Below, piece by piece: positions 14,060 through 27,734 of a DNA stretch of 64,000 nt. The notes beneath the pieces were generated by a model. It saw only the letters and a list, made by a program, of their open reading frames with translations. It ran no database searches and had not been told where the DNA came from. Source of the stretch: Octopus vulgaris (taxonomy: Eukaryota); contig OX597821.1 of the NCBI GenBank assembly GCA_951406725.2, forward strand, positions 48,360,001 to 48,424,000, written 5' to 3'. Made by a program: the position numbers and the translations under genes. Position 1 is the stretch's first letter. Every line of letters starts with the position of its first letter.

Positions 14060-14245
14060 ACTGTAGCTAAGTCAGGGATGGTATAGTGGTTGAGTTGAGT
14101 CTGATGATGTTGTAGTTGAATTGATAATACTTCAGTTGGCTTAGTAATATTGAGTTGCAGTTTGTAATACTGAATTTGAATTAGCTCTGGTGTGGTCAAG
14201 TGAGGGTGTAGTTGAGTTGGAGGTTGTGGGATTAATTCAGTGAAG
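14060..14245. repeat. Degenerate ~20-bp minisatellite (agtgatggtgtagttgagtc family)
   Basis: Recurring tgtagttgag/tcagtga motifs, same family as 17330-17735. Confidence 0.5.
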
Positions 14246-16429
14246 AATATATGAGTCACTTATCCTTAAAAAATCCTCTACCAATTACATGATGCTAACC
14301 ACATGTCTTTTGTTCATAAATTTAGGATTACACAAGCCAGAATGCTGAATGGCCATTGCTTGAAATATTGGTTTCAAACTTTGGGACAAGGCCAGCAACC
14401 TCAATGGAATTTGAACTCAGAGCATAAAGATAGACAATATGCCACGAAGCATTTTGCCCAGTGTGCTTATGATGTTGTCAGCTTGCTTGAAATATTGGTC
14501 AAAATACTTCATTTCATCAACTATTTTCTTGTTATGCTGGAAACATTGGTCACTAAAGCCACCCTATAACAATAATGGCACCTTAAAATGACTTTTTGGT
14601 TGCTATATCATGATCTCAGATCTCTGTCATGACTCATACAATGAAATATTGAAACTCTAAACCCTTCATAAACATTCAGTTGGATACCTCTATGATATAA
14701 GACTTCAGTTATTCAACAGTAAATAATATCAACATCATGTGTGTATGTTATCTTCATATCTTAAATTCATATCTTCTTGATTCTCAAAAATCTGCCACTA
14801 TTGCTGTTGATTTTTTCCTTTCTCTCAATATTGCCCTCCTACAAACACAGGTATACACTTGTTATCTTCTCCTCCTCACTCTCTTTTTATTATTCATTGT
14901 TATCCAACTCACCTAATCTACTTACTCACCACCACTACCACCACCAATCAACATTGTATCTCTCTCTCTGACAAAAGGTTCTGTTTGAAATATCAAACTT
15001 GTCATCTTCCTGATGACTAAATAATTTATTTTACTTTCCAGACTTATATCTAAATCGCTTTGATAGAAATCAATAATTTTTTTTTTTTTATAAGAAACCA
15101 AATTTGCATATTCTCTGAAAGAGTTTTAAGCAGACTTTCAATAAAAGCAGAACAAAGAAACATAAAATTCTATTTGATGTTATTGAATACAATATTGTAG
15201 TTGTAAATTCAGGTCAAGTTATGTAGTTTAAACTAAAATTACATCGTGGTAGATTCAGTGATCATTATTAGGAGATTTTTTTATGACCATTTATCTGTTG
15301 TTTCCTCCACTAAGCATCATCTTGCTATTTATTGCAGTCCTTTGTCATCTCCTTAATGAGATTCACCCTCTTGATATCTTCTCCTTGTCTATTCCTTAGT
15401 CATTCTTTTTTGCTGGTTTTCCTTTCGGATCTCCAGTCACTCCTTTGTTCCACTGTCATCCTCCCTATCAGGTTAATCTTCTCTTGCTCTACAACATCTG
15501 ATTCTCTTACATTTACTTTTTCTCTCACCCTGTCTGTTCTCCATTGCTCATGTATGCTAAAATTATACATTCAGCAAAGTAAGAGAAATTCATCTAATTC
15601 TTGTCATCATGTGCTCTCCATATACAAGGCCCATGTTTTTGCTAGCAAGTAATATCACAGTTTGTAAAATGAGCCATACATTCTATTTTTCATTGATTGA
15701 AACAGAATCTATTTCACAGCAAGGTGGTGAACAGATACTATATAAATTTAATAACAGGGACACAACAGAGCAGTAACTGAACTATAAAAACAATTAAATT
15801 GCAGAACTGGATAATGTTGGATTAGTACAACACATTTCATTTTACTGTTCATTTTATTTCAGCACTTATTTCACATGCACTTTTGTCACAGCTTTATAAA
15901 ACTCCCTCTGTTGAATGACTGAAAGTCAATTAATGTCTACGTTACAGAACTGTTTCTTTCTTTCTGAGTTGGATATAGATTTCAAGATAGAATTAAAGAT
16001 TCCATAAAATAGCCATAACACAACTGTGTTATAAAAACTGACAAAATTGGGGCTTTATAAACTTTCTTATATCTGTGTTTATAACTGATAATACCAACTC
16101 TGCTACGTGTACATGGTTCATATAGCTCTTATAAATCTGCTGAAATAAAGCAATAAATCGAAAAATAAAATGTAAAAATTCATTCGTGTAATGATATATC
16201 AGACTAATTTGGATTTTGTGTAAGAATAAAACATGACTGAAGAAACATTTCTGAAAGATTCATTACGATAAAAGGTAATGTATTAATTTAAAATTTTATT
16301 AAATTATCATTTTCATGGAAAGACATATTAAGAATTTCTTGTTTGAACTTTTATCTGGGCATAGCATAGTTAAATGTTTTCAAGCATTCCATGTATTTTA
16401 TATAGCATTCTGAATAGGCAAATATATTA

Positions 16430-17082
<653 letters not shown>

Positions 17083-17329
17083 TTAATGGATAAATTGTAA
17101 TGACTGAAGTCTTTCCAGAAACATTAATTACCATAAAACATCTTAAGGAAATATAGCAATTATCAAAAATTGGTTTAATAACTTTTGTTCTTTTTTAATG
17201 TTTGAAATAAATATTTTAATAAAGTGATGATTCACTAATGTTGATTTTCAACAGTAAATAGCAGATAACATACTCATTAGTAGAGGGAATGAAAACATCT
17301 TGACTATGAGCCACACAGCGAAAGACAGT

Positions 17330-17735
17330 GTATTTGACTGAATGATGGTGTTGCTGGGCCAGTGATGGTTTAGACAAGTTGCTGATGGTGCAGATGAGTC
17401 AAGGTTAGTGTATTTGAATCAGTGATGGTGTCACTGAGTCAGTGATGGTATAGATGAGTTACTTATTGTGCATTTGAGTCTGTGATGATGTAATAGAATC
17501 TGTGATAGTGTAGTTGAGTCAGTGATGGTATAATTGATTTACTCATTGCACATTTGAATCAATAATAGTGTAGCTGAGTCTACACTGATTTATGGCAGTT
17601 GCAATAGCACAAGTCTTCTCCACTAGTAGACCTTTACTGGTACTGATGCTTGTGTGTAATTGAGTAGTGATGATATAACTGAGTGAGTAATGGTGTAATT
17701 GAGTCTGTGAGGAGGTAGTTGAATCAGTGATGGAC
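17330..17735. repeat. Degenerate 20-bp minisatellite, consensus about agtgatggtgtagttgagtc
   Basis: 20-nt periodicity is visible across 17341-17580 and resumes at 17655-17735. Confidence 0.75.
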
Positions 17736-18087
17736 CCTGGTTGAAAACCACTGGACTAACAACAAGAGAAGGTCTATGGTTAGATATTGATATATTTATG
17801 TAGTCCAAAAGAACAAGGTATGGAACATTTTCTTTCACTAGTAAAGATTTAATAATTTTGATATGCTCAAACTACCAAGCTTTTGAGAACTCTGTGAGCA
17901 ACCAGCCATTAAATTATGACCCATTGTCTGTTGCAGGTTTCACATAATGACTTACGGAGATTTACACTGATTCATGACAGTTACAATAAACACAAGTCTT
18001 CTCTACTAGTAGACCAGCACTGGCACTGATGCCTGTGTGTTCTTGTACTACTTTTATTAATGTTCTAAACTGTCTTCACATTTATTG

Positions 18088-18475
18088 TCTGTGTGGTAAG
18101 TAGCTTGCTTACAACCACATGGTTCCGGGTTCAGTCCCACTCTGTGGCACCTTGGGCAAGTGTCTTCTACTATAGACTCGGGCCAACCAAAGCCTTGTGA
18201 GTGGATTTGGTAGACGGAAACTGAAAGAAGCCCGTCGTATATATGTATATATATGTATGTGTGTGTATATGTTTGTGTGTCTGTGTTTGTCCCCTCAACA
18301 TTGCTTGACAACTGATGCTGGTGTGTTTACGTCCCCGTAACTTAGCGGTTCGGCAAAAGAGACTGATAGAATATGTACTAGGCTTACAAAGAATAAGTCC
18401 TGGGGTCGATTTGCTCGACTAAAGGCGGTGCTCCAGCGTGGCCACAGTCACATGACTGAAACAAGTAAAAAAAAA
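18088..18475 (+). mobile_element. SINE family A
   Basis: Plus-strand copy with tRNA-like head and gactgaaacaagtaaaa tail. Confidence 0.9.
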
Positions 18476-18706
18476 ATATTGTCTGTTAACATCCCATACC
18501 AATACAGTTGTTTATTCGTCGATGCAGCAAATGAACTAATGTCTAATTAAACATTTGTCATCTTACCATTCATGAGTAAACAACATTGTAGCTTTTGAAT
18601 ATTAATTTCTGGACATGTATTAATTCATCCTTGGGGGTACATATAAGATTTTGTTGTTAAAATATATTTGCAATATAAATCAATTGTACTTCTATTTTAA
18701 CAATTT

Positions 18707-18898
18707 GCAGCGTGGAAGGTGTTTATAAGCCATTTAAGAAACACACAAAACCATTAGATTCACTTCAACATTTAAATTTAATTTGTCAAAATATTTTCGT
18801 CACTTTGAGATCGCGACCTGTTCACTGACAAAACTTCGAGATGCAGCACGAAGTTTTGTCAGTGAACAGGTCACTCACTATGCAAGTACATCTCCATA
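18707..18898 (-). mobile_element. Short Penelope-like unit with variant hammerhead and internal palindrome
   Basis: Flanked by the 13-bp direct repeat attttaacaattt (18694-18706 and 18899-18911). Contains a hammerhead fold at 18782-18832 and a 24-bp inverted repeat. Confidence 0.6.
18782..18832 (-). ncRNA. Minimal type I hammerhead ribozyme fold with G3:C8 core swap
   Basis: Minus strand: TTTGTCA GTGAACA G GTCGC gatctcaaa GTGAC GAA AATATT T TGACAAA. Stem I is a perfect 7 bp, stem II is 5 bp, stem III is palindromic. Confidence 0.65.
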
Positions 18899-18911
18899 AT
18901 TTTAACAATTT

Positions 18912-19050
18912 TTTTATACAATTCCTAATAATATTAAATTATAGAAATATAAATAGGATTTTTTTAAACACTGGCTGGCTTGGAAGGTATGTCCAAGTAA
19001 AAGAGGAATCAAAGGGGTCCATAAGTAAAAAATGGTTGGGAAACACTTGT
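18912..19050. mobile_element. Probable hAT-type non-autonomous element end
   Basis: aaggggtcc...aaaaatggttgggaaacact resembles hAT/Charlie-type termini. Confidence 0.4.
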
Positions 19051-19564
19051 TTAGTCAAAAAATCTTTCTGCCTGCCCCTAATTCCCATTTGAAACATGGG
19101 TATATGTGTTCAGATAGAGAAACAGAAAATTGAGTGAATGATTACATTGGTTTTTATGTGCACAATTTTTATCAGTATTATGGATAATGGTAAAAATGAG
19201 CACTTGGGTCAGTAAAAGAAATATTGAGTGTGACAGTCAAAAACAGAAAGGACCTCTGTGAATCAGCAAAGGTAGAAGTACTTCTTCCTGGTAACCATAA
19301 TTGAACTGAACCCAAAATCCTAATTTACCAGCAACTGAAACAGTCATACACAGGAAAAAAGTTAGCTGAATGCTAGCTCCTCTGGCAAAAAAAATATTTG
19401 TTATTTGTGAGATACCTATCTGAAAATACTTCCTGAAGTTGTTTATATTATTATATACGGAATCCAGAGTTGGTGTGAAATAAAACAGACCTTGGTTTGC
19501 AAAGTTGTATGTGAATATGTATGCATGATTTATTTATGTATGTATCTCTGTGTACTATTCTTTC

Positions 19565-19955
19565 TCTTTTTACTTGTTTCAGTCATTTGACTGCGGCCAT
19601 GCTGGAGCACCGCCTTTAGTCGAGCAAATCGACCCCAGGACTTATTCTTTGTAAGCCTAGTACTTATTCTATCGGTCCTGTTTTGCCGAACCGCTAAGTT
19701 ACGGGGACGTAGACACACCATCATTGGTTGTCAAGCAATGTTGGGAGGACAAACAGACACACAAACACACACATATATATATACATATATACGACGGGCT
19801 TTTTTCAGTTTTCGTCTACCAAATCCACTCACAAGGCTTTGGTCGGCCCGAGGCTATAGTAGAAGACACTTGCCCAAGGTGCCACGCAGTGGGACTGAAC
19901 CTAGAACCATGTGGTTGGTAAGCAAGCTACTTACCACACAGCCACTCCTGCGCCT
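19565..19955 (-). mobile_element. SINE family A (young, near consensus)
   Basis: Colinear with 3345-3766; CpGs retained. Confidence 0.92.
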
Positions 19956-20289
19956 ATATATATATATATATATATACATAGCAAAAATTTAGATTCAGAT
20001 GATTTAGGTACTTAAGATGAGGCACCAGAATGTAGTACAATATTATCTATACAATTTCAAAATAAGGGGATTAAAATCAAAGTAAACAGCAAGAATTTCC
20101 AGAGGTAAGATCAGCCATGTGGGATATATAATACTGTTCACTTTGGATAATATATATATATATGACAGACTCTCCCATCAAAGACCATGTATGGATGTTC
20201 TGTGAGAAGACAGGAAAAATATCCAACCAAATAGACAATCAACAACATACTCACACTACCATTACTAGTATTCACCAATGCTTGTGTCT

Positions 20290-20985
20290 TTGAATCTTTC
20301 TGGCCCTAAGCCTGAAGTCACCAACCACTAGCTTACATTGTGTTGTACATACTTTCCCTGGGAAAGATTTTGCATTTAAGAGCATATATTTATCTCTGTG
20401 TCTGGTGAGGATGTAGTCAATTTGGCTGGTGTACAGATTGATAAGTGATCAGATGGTTGGCAGGTTCTCTGAAGTTGGTGTTGCAGACTAGTTAGCCATG
20501 AGCATTGCAAAACTCCAGCAGTGTTGTCCTCTCCTCATTTCTGGAGCCAAAGCTATAGCCACCATGCACACCCTGAAATCCATCACAGTGTTGTCCAACA
20601 TGTCCATTGAAGTCCCCTGCCATGATGAGAATGTCATCATCTTTCGTCATCAAAGTAGTCCTCAGAAGAGATTCATAAAAGTGGCCCTTCCAAGTATCTG
20701 CAAGTCTGGCATGTGGAACATATGCAGAGATAACTGACACAGTTACATCACACAAGGGTATTCTTAGCTTAATAATCCTATCACATACTCTTCAATCACC
20801 TTATCCACCTATATCTCTTTTCATAGAATATCTATACCGCCTAAGCCTTCATTGTTGCCTACCCAGAATTTGTATCTATGGCCTTTACCAGTAAGCAGTC
20901 TGGCTGAGGCTCTCCTCCATCATACCTCTTGGACATAGCACACATCTATGTATTTCTGTTCAAGTATCTCATCTATCTCTCTGGA
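20290..20985 (-). pseudogene. RTE LINE apurinic endonuclease fragment
   Basis: VISAYVPH, IMAGDFNGHVG, GYSFGSRNEERTTLLEFC and QIDYIL motifs, with stops and frameshifts. Confidence 0.88.
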
Positions 20986-21029
20986 CTTACACACACACAC
21001 GTGTGTATATATATATATATATTTATTTA

Positions 21030-21225
21030 TAGTTAATCCAAACAAGAAAACACAAAAAAACACACAGCCATGCGAGGACGTGGGACAAATAAAGTATTAT
21101 TGGACGCTCAGGAAAGAAGGGAAGGAGGGTTTAACGTTTCAAGTGGAGCTCTTCGTCGGAAACAAAGGAGAAGGAAAGATCCCGAGAAGGGAAGACAGAG
21201 GAAAAAATTGCTGGCGGTGCTCAAT
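21030..21225 (-). mobile_element. Short Penelope-like unit with degenerate hammerhead (same family as 39375-39555)
   Basis: Minus strand at 21129-21163: gttt ccgacga a gagc tcc actt gaaacgtt aaac. Colinear with 39375-39555; TA-repeat flank. Confidence 0.65.
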
Positions 21226-21239
21226 GTTTATATACATAT

Positions 21240-21645
21240 GTGGATGGAACCTGTGGAAGAGGGAGACCTAGGAAGACATGGGATGAAGTACTGTAGGACA
21301 ACCTCAGGACACTGAACTTTTCAGATGAGATGACAAAGGACTGAGATACATGTACCCTGCTGTACTCAAGAAGACCCATCCTCCATGGTGAAGAGGATTG
21401 GCCTGCGAGAGTCATGTACCAGTGACTCATAAAAAGCACTTGTGCCATTGCTTATGTAAAAGCACTCATGTGGTGCCATGTTAAAAGGACCCAGCACAAC
21501 TGTAAAGTGGTTGGTATTAGGAAGGGCATGCTACTATAGAAACCAAACCAAATCAAACTAGAACTTGGTGCAACTCTCCAGCTTGCCAGCTTGTCCAACT
21601 CATGCCAGCACAAGAAACAGACATTAAAGGATGATGATGATGATA
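21240..21645 (+). mobile_element. RTE LINE C-terminus plus 3' UTR with (GAT)n tail
   Basis: VDGTCGRGRPRKTWDEV followed by the RTE 3' UTR motifs. Confidence 0.85.
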
Positions 21646-21655
21646 TTCACATACG

Positions 21656-21695
<40 letters not shown>

Positions 21696-21797
21696 GAGCA
21701 AACAATGGTTGTTAATAAAATATGCTTGCTGTTTCCATCCTTCAGAATAGTTTTAGCAAATTGTTGAGATAATGTTTGTGGCCCCAATAAACAATTA

Positions 21798-22308
21798 CCA
21801 TAAATCCTTGAGTATAGTCCGCCATTGAGTATAATACGCAGGGGATTTTTAGTGGGCTGTACCTCTGAAAAACCTAAACCTTGTGTATAATATGCACCCC
21901 TTCTCTAACTTAAGTCAAGGAGATCTATATAACGTCCTTGGTTTGTAAAAATATATACGGTAACATCCTTTATCATTATTGTATATATAACATAATGCAA
22001 AAGTGTAGCTTTTTTGTGCATTTTGTTTGCAGAAAATAAAGAAATAACAGTAATAACGTTTAATAAATGTTGCTTACTGCAAGTTATGGATGATTCTTTT
22101 ATGACTTCATTGCTTTCAAGCTTAGCTTAAGGTATTTTCATGCCCAACATCACAAAATGCGTCTGAATAAACATAGCCAGACAGCAAATAGAGACTCGGA
22201 CATTGCTTAGAAAATAATTTTCATTTTTAATCTCGTATATAGTATGCACTAGAGATTTTGACCTTTAAATTTTGGGGAAAAATGCAGATTATACTCGAGG
22301 ATTTACGG
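21798..22308. mobile_element. Non-autonomous Tc1/pogo-type MITE
   Basis: TIRs ccataaatccttgagtatagtccgc and gcagattatactcgaggatttacgg, each flanked by TA; no ORF. Confidence 0.8.
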
Positions 22309-23889
22309 TATATCAATCATGTTTGTTATTGATTTGTATATTAATCAATTATTAGCTACTTCTTACTATTTTTTTAATTGACCATTTCATGTGCTACTGA
22401 GACAATTCCTGTGTTTTCATTTGCAGTGAGATATCATCATACAGATAAACTATTTAATAGACTAATTATTTAGTAATTAATTATAATAATTAAAAGCTTT
22501 AGCAACTACATCAACAGAACCAACAAGGAATCTCTATATGATCAGTCAATCTGCTAAAAATAGCAACCAAATCTCCTTCAAACCAATCACATCCGCCAAC
22601 ATCTTCAAAAGGAGGAAACATTGAATAATGTCGTCTCTAATATACTGCTTGTAAAACAGAAATGATGGCCTTGACTGGAATGCTTATAATCTTAAGTCTG
22701 TTCAATCAGAGCTGGCCTGGTGCTAAACAAACCTACCCATAAATATATTACTAAATTTCAACAAAAGTAAGAAATGACATGGGCTTCAAAAGAAACTCAC
22801 AGCAGAAGTTGATGATATATAATGATTGTTTGACTTTAAATTAGAGGAACCGATGATGGTCAAACAACAACAAAAATATTGAATTGGTGGTGAGGAATAG
22901 AGAGCCTCAGAATGTAGAGAAGTAAAAGATAAAGTCAGTTCTGGGAAATGTTGTAGCTGATATAGAGCAGTACATGAAAAACAGAGATTGTCTGTGGGTT
23001 GGAGCTCAAACCACAGTTTTGTGTAATGGCTGTGGAGACAGGGAGTTGCAGGAAGCCCAGGAGTATGGATTTCATCTCCATAGAGTCAGATAGTTTCTTT
23101 CCTACAAACTAAGGAACATAGAATAGAAAATAACACTCACCTTCTCTTTCTCTTTCCTTCCTCCTTCAAGTACATTCTCACTCACATTCATAGAACTACT
23201 TAAATGTAGATAAAAAAAATTAAGAGACATACAGACAGACTTGAAGCTGACCAGGAGTTGAGTGGTATGTCACTGAAAAGGTTGCAAATAGAGACAAAAG
23301 GTCTTTAACAAACAAAACTGATTGAGTAATTAACTAATGATAAATCAAACAATTGATTGGTTAAGTGATTAAATAGTTAAACAATTGATGAATAATAAGG
23401 AAGGGAAATAGAACCAGTATGTGGGTTTATTACTGGCATAATGATCTTAAAATATGTTTCAACCTGCATAAGATCACAAGAATCTTGCAAAATAAATACA
23501 AAGTATAAATATGGGAATTGATGTTAAGATATGTTTATTTTACACACTGGTATGTGGTTGTTTTTTAGAAAAATATTGTAAACCATTTCAGATTGCTAAA
23601 AGTAGTGATATTTTTGGAGTGATATTTTTGTGACCTTGTTCACTTTGTATAGAAGTTTAAAGTTGAACACAATTTCTTCATATTAGTTTGACCTCTCTCT
23701 GTCTTTAAGCATTCATCTATGAATTCTGTGTTATCTTCAATTTACCAGTTGTTGCATCCCTCACTTACCAATCTCAATAATGTAATCTTCATACATCATA
23801 TATCAAAGTGTCCCTTTCAACACATTACTTTTCTTATATAGTATAATACTATGCAGGACTTGATGTTAATCTGGAAAATAATTTCTTCA

Positions 23890-25235
23890 ATAACAAATTC
23901 CGTCACCTTCCAGGGGGAAAAACTAAAAGTAGTTGATAGCTTCCATTATCTAGGTGACCAAGTCAGTAGCAGGGGTGGGTGCACTGAAAGTGTAACTGCT
24001 AGAGTAAGAATAGCCTGGGCAAAGTTCAGGGAGCTCTTACCTCTGCTGGTGACTAAAGGCCTCTCGCTCAGAGTAAAAAGCAGACTGTATGATGCATGTG
24101 TACGAACAGCCATGCTACATGGCAGTGAAACATGGGCCATGACTGCTGAGGATATGCATAAGCTCACGAGGAATGAAGCCAGTATGCTCCGATGGATGTG
24201 TAATGTCAGTGTACATACTCGACAGAGTGTAAATACCTTGAGAGAAATGTTGGACCTAAGAAGCATCAGCTGTGGTGTGCAAGAGACGATTGCACTGGTA
24301 TGGTCATGTGGTGAGAATGGATGAAGATAGGTGTGTGAAAAAGTGCCAATCCCTAGCAGTTGAGGGAACCCATGGAAGAGGTAGACCCAGGAAAACCTGG
24401 GACAAGGTGGTGAAGCACGACCTTCGAACTTTAAGCCTCACCGAGGCAATGACCAGCGACTGAGACCTTTGGAAATATGCTGTGCATGAGAAGACCCGGC
24501 AGGACAAGTGAGTCCAGCCCACTTATGCATACCTTTCCTCCCTTGGACACAAGAAGACCTGTTGAGGCAAGCGAAGTCGAAATCGAACCTCATCTGACGA
24601 TAGGCACCCATGCCAACCTCCCTTTATTGAACACTAAACTCTGCTTGTGAAGACCTGTTGGGGCAAGTGAAATCGGAATCAAAATTGAACCAATCCTATG
24701 ACTGGCACCAGGCAGTTGCCAGGACCGCTGGACTGACTCATGTGCAGGTGGCAAGTGAAGAAACACCATTTCGACCCTGTGCTCGAGGAGATCCATTGAG
24801 TCAAGTACACCAACATCAAAATCAATGGAAACTGCAGTTGTGATCCCTGAGCCGGTGGCACGTAAAAAGCACCATCTGAACGTGGCTGATGCCAGTGCCG
24901 CTTAGACTGGCTTCCGTGCTGGTGGCACGTAAAAAGCACCATCCGAATCGTGGCCGATGCCAGCACCACCTTGACTGGCTTCTGTGCCAGTGGCATGTAA
25001 AATACACCAATCCAATCGTGGCCATTGCCAGCCTCGCCTGGCACCTGTGCCGGTGGCACATAAAAAGCACCCACTACACTCACAGAGTGGTTGGCGTTAG
25101 GAAGGGCATCCAATTGTAGAAACACTACCAGATCAGACTGGAGCCTGGTGCAGCCTTCTGGCTTCCCAGATCACCGGTCGAACCGTCCAACCCATGCTAG
25201 CATGGAGAACGGACGTTAAATGATGATGATGATGA
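23890..25235 (+). mobile_element. 5'-truncated RTE LINE (RT C-terminus, 3' UTR, GAT tail)
   Basis: LKVVDSFHYLGD, RLYDACVRTAMLHGSETW and WYGHVVRM, with a frameshift near 24285. High identity to 35040-37135. Confidence 0.95.
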
Positions 25236-25714
25236 ATAACATCAAAAATGACAGCTGTTATTACTCAAAGGATTAGTTTCAGATGATACCTGAAACACAC
25301 AAATTAGTCACATTAGCAGCAACACCAACTTCTAAAACACTGAAGACTATTTAAGCAAGTTCAAGAAATCATTGAATGTAATAGTATCTACTATAACAGA
25401 GAGTGGAATCTGTTCAGAAAAAAGTATGGTTGTTTAACTGAATTGATATGAATTAACTGATGTGAGCAGGAAGAAAAAGAATAGAGGGTATGTAGCTTTG
25501 TACATTGATAAAAGTTTCAATTATAAAGAGTTAAAAAACATGTCTACATTTCGAGTTATGCATTACAAGAGAAATGTGGTCAAAAAGACATATGATCATC
25601 ATGAGTAGAGTCCACTGTGATCCATGTGTAGGAGAGGTGTAGCCGGAGGGTAAGTATCCAAACGAATCCGTAAATGGTAGATGAAGAGTAGGTAAAGAGT
25701 CCAGTGAAGTCCAG

Positions 25715-25905
25715 TTGCCATGATAGATTGTTGGCCACTACACACGTTTTTCTCTCCTTGTTTTTTTTGTGTCCCTTTCTGTAGAAGAGCGTAGGCTCGA
25801 AATGTAAAAGACTTTTTCTATTCCTGAGCATTATACTAATACATCTGTTTGTCTTGTACACCACCTGTCTTCGTCTTTTGTTTTTTTTCATAAACTCTCC
25901 CTATA
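25715..25905 (+). mobile_element. Short Penelope-like unit with hammerhead-like core (CTGT family)
   Basis: cttt CTGTAGA A GAGC gtag GCTC GAAA tg TA aaag at 25775-25810; sister copy at 55790-55960. Confidence 0.6.
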
Positions 25906-26889
25906 TATCATCATCATCATCATCATCATTCAACATCTATATTCTATGCTGGCACGGACTGAAAATTTGACCGAATACAACAGGTCCAAAGACTGCATTA
26001 TATTTCCATGTCTGTTTTGTGGTTTCTGTAGCTGGACACAGCAGTTTACTGCATGTTCTGGGTATTTTTTTTTTTCACTTTGTTTTGCACTAGCACTAGT
26101 GAGGTTATCCATTCAACTTGCAAGACTACCAACACCAAGAGAGGTGACTTAGGACTTGAAGGTGAGAAAGAGAGAGGGGAAGGGAGGGAGAGAGAGAGAA
26201 AGAGAGAGAGATAGTGAATACTTGTATTTAATATTGAAATATTTAAGGATTGGATGGAAGAAGTATTTACAAAAACATTTCAAAAAGTTCATTTGTTTGG
26301 GTTTGAATAGAGGTTTGTTAAATTTAAACAAGTATTAAATGACTGAATAGTTTAGAAATGCAATGAATAGTATGATTTTCTATCATGAGACCAAGCAGAA
26401 TGACACCATATTGAGCCACTCCAATGAATTGTGTATTACACAAAGTATGGAAGAATAAGTGGGCCATAATTAATAGTGGCAGTGACCATCTGCCAGGTTT
26501 GTGGTATCAGAATGTAATTATAAAACAGGTACCAATAACTTTAAATATAAAAAATTAAAAACTCAGGTAATGAATTCTGGACACAAAACTGAAATATAGT
26601 ATAATGTGATATTGGTAAAGTATATGAATTATTCCAAAAACTATCTAAATCATTATGTGACGGAAATTCTCTAATAAAACACTAGAGCAGAAAATTTTTT
26701 AAATGTATAGATAGTCCATTGATTACCGAAAATCCACAACATCCCTACAACGATAAAAAAAATATACTATATTTATACAAAAAGAAATTACATAGCCTAG
26801 AATTATAGTGATATAAAATATATATAAAAAAGTAAGTTAACTACTATTATGGGGGTTATTGGGTTGCTCCCAAGAGTCCATTTGGGTTT

Positions 26890-27215
26890 TTAAGTGAACA
26901 CAGAGTGTTATATTCAATCAATGATATAGCTATTGTTTCATTCCAGTAACTTCTGCTATCTTGTGAGCAGATCTATTATTCCCTGTCTTTACTGGCAGAA
27001 AACTCTTCCTGGTGAATTTTTACATCCTCTTCAAAGTTGAAGGTTTATCAATTTAATAAATTTTAAAGAGATCAAAACAGGTGGAAATCTGAAGGTGCAA
27101 AGTCAGGCAAATAAGGATGGTGAGACAAAACTTCCTAGCCGAAACCCAGTAACTTCTGTTGTATATCTGCAAAGAAGTGTGTAGTCTGGCATTGTCATGA
27201 TGAAAGACAATGTTT
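26890..27215 (-). pseudogene. Mariner transposase C-terminal remnant
   Basis: IVFHHDNARLH and HHPYLPDFAPSDFHLF on the minus strand. Confidence 0.8.
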
Positions 27216-27734
27216 AAACTACAGAACAATTTACTTCTAGATAATGCTAAAAATGTTCTTTAATAGTGAGGTGATGTCATAATTTGAGAAAGGATGAATT
27301 ACTGTTAAGAAACTGTGTTTATGGCAGTCTGAAGAATATGTAGATTTTAATCTGTTGGGGGAATTTGGTAAATGACTTGGATGTGTAACTAAAACAAAGT
27401 ACAAGCACTACTCATTGTAAGAATATATACAAAACAATGTTTTTTTTATGAGGGACAAGGATGAGGAAGGCTGTGATAAATGTTAGAAATTTAAATTTAT
27501 TAACTCCTGCAGAAATTTGTTTAGTACATAGAATTGAATTTCTTATCTGTAAAAACTCTTTTGATTAGCATACAGCAATGTGAGAGCTGTGAATGTAAGC
27601 TGTATTGGGCAATGTATATATGTAATCATGATATTTAATAGAAGTGAAATAACTGCACATATAAAATGTTTGATATAATATATGGAATCCTGTTAGTTCT
27701 ATTTATAAACTATATTGAATACCATATAATGAAG

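Noticed and set aside
14965-14997. ctgacaaaagg...gaaatatc hammerhead-like trace
   Set aside because: Stem II cannot be formed; too degenerate to call.
17330-17735. Thr/Ser-rich mucin-like coding repeat on the minus strand
   Set aside because: The period is 20 nt, not a multiple of three, and frames are interrupted.
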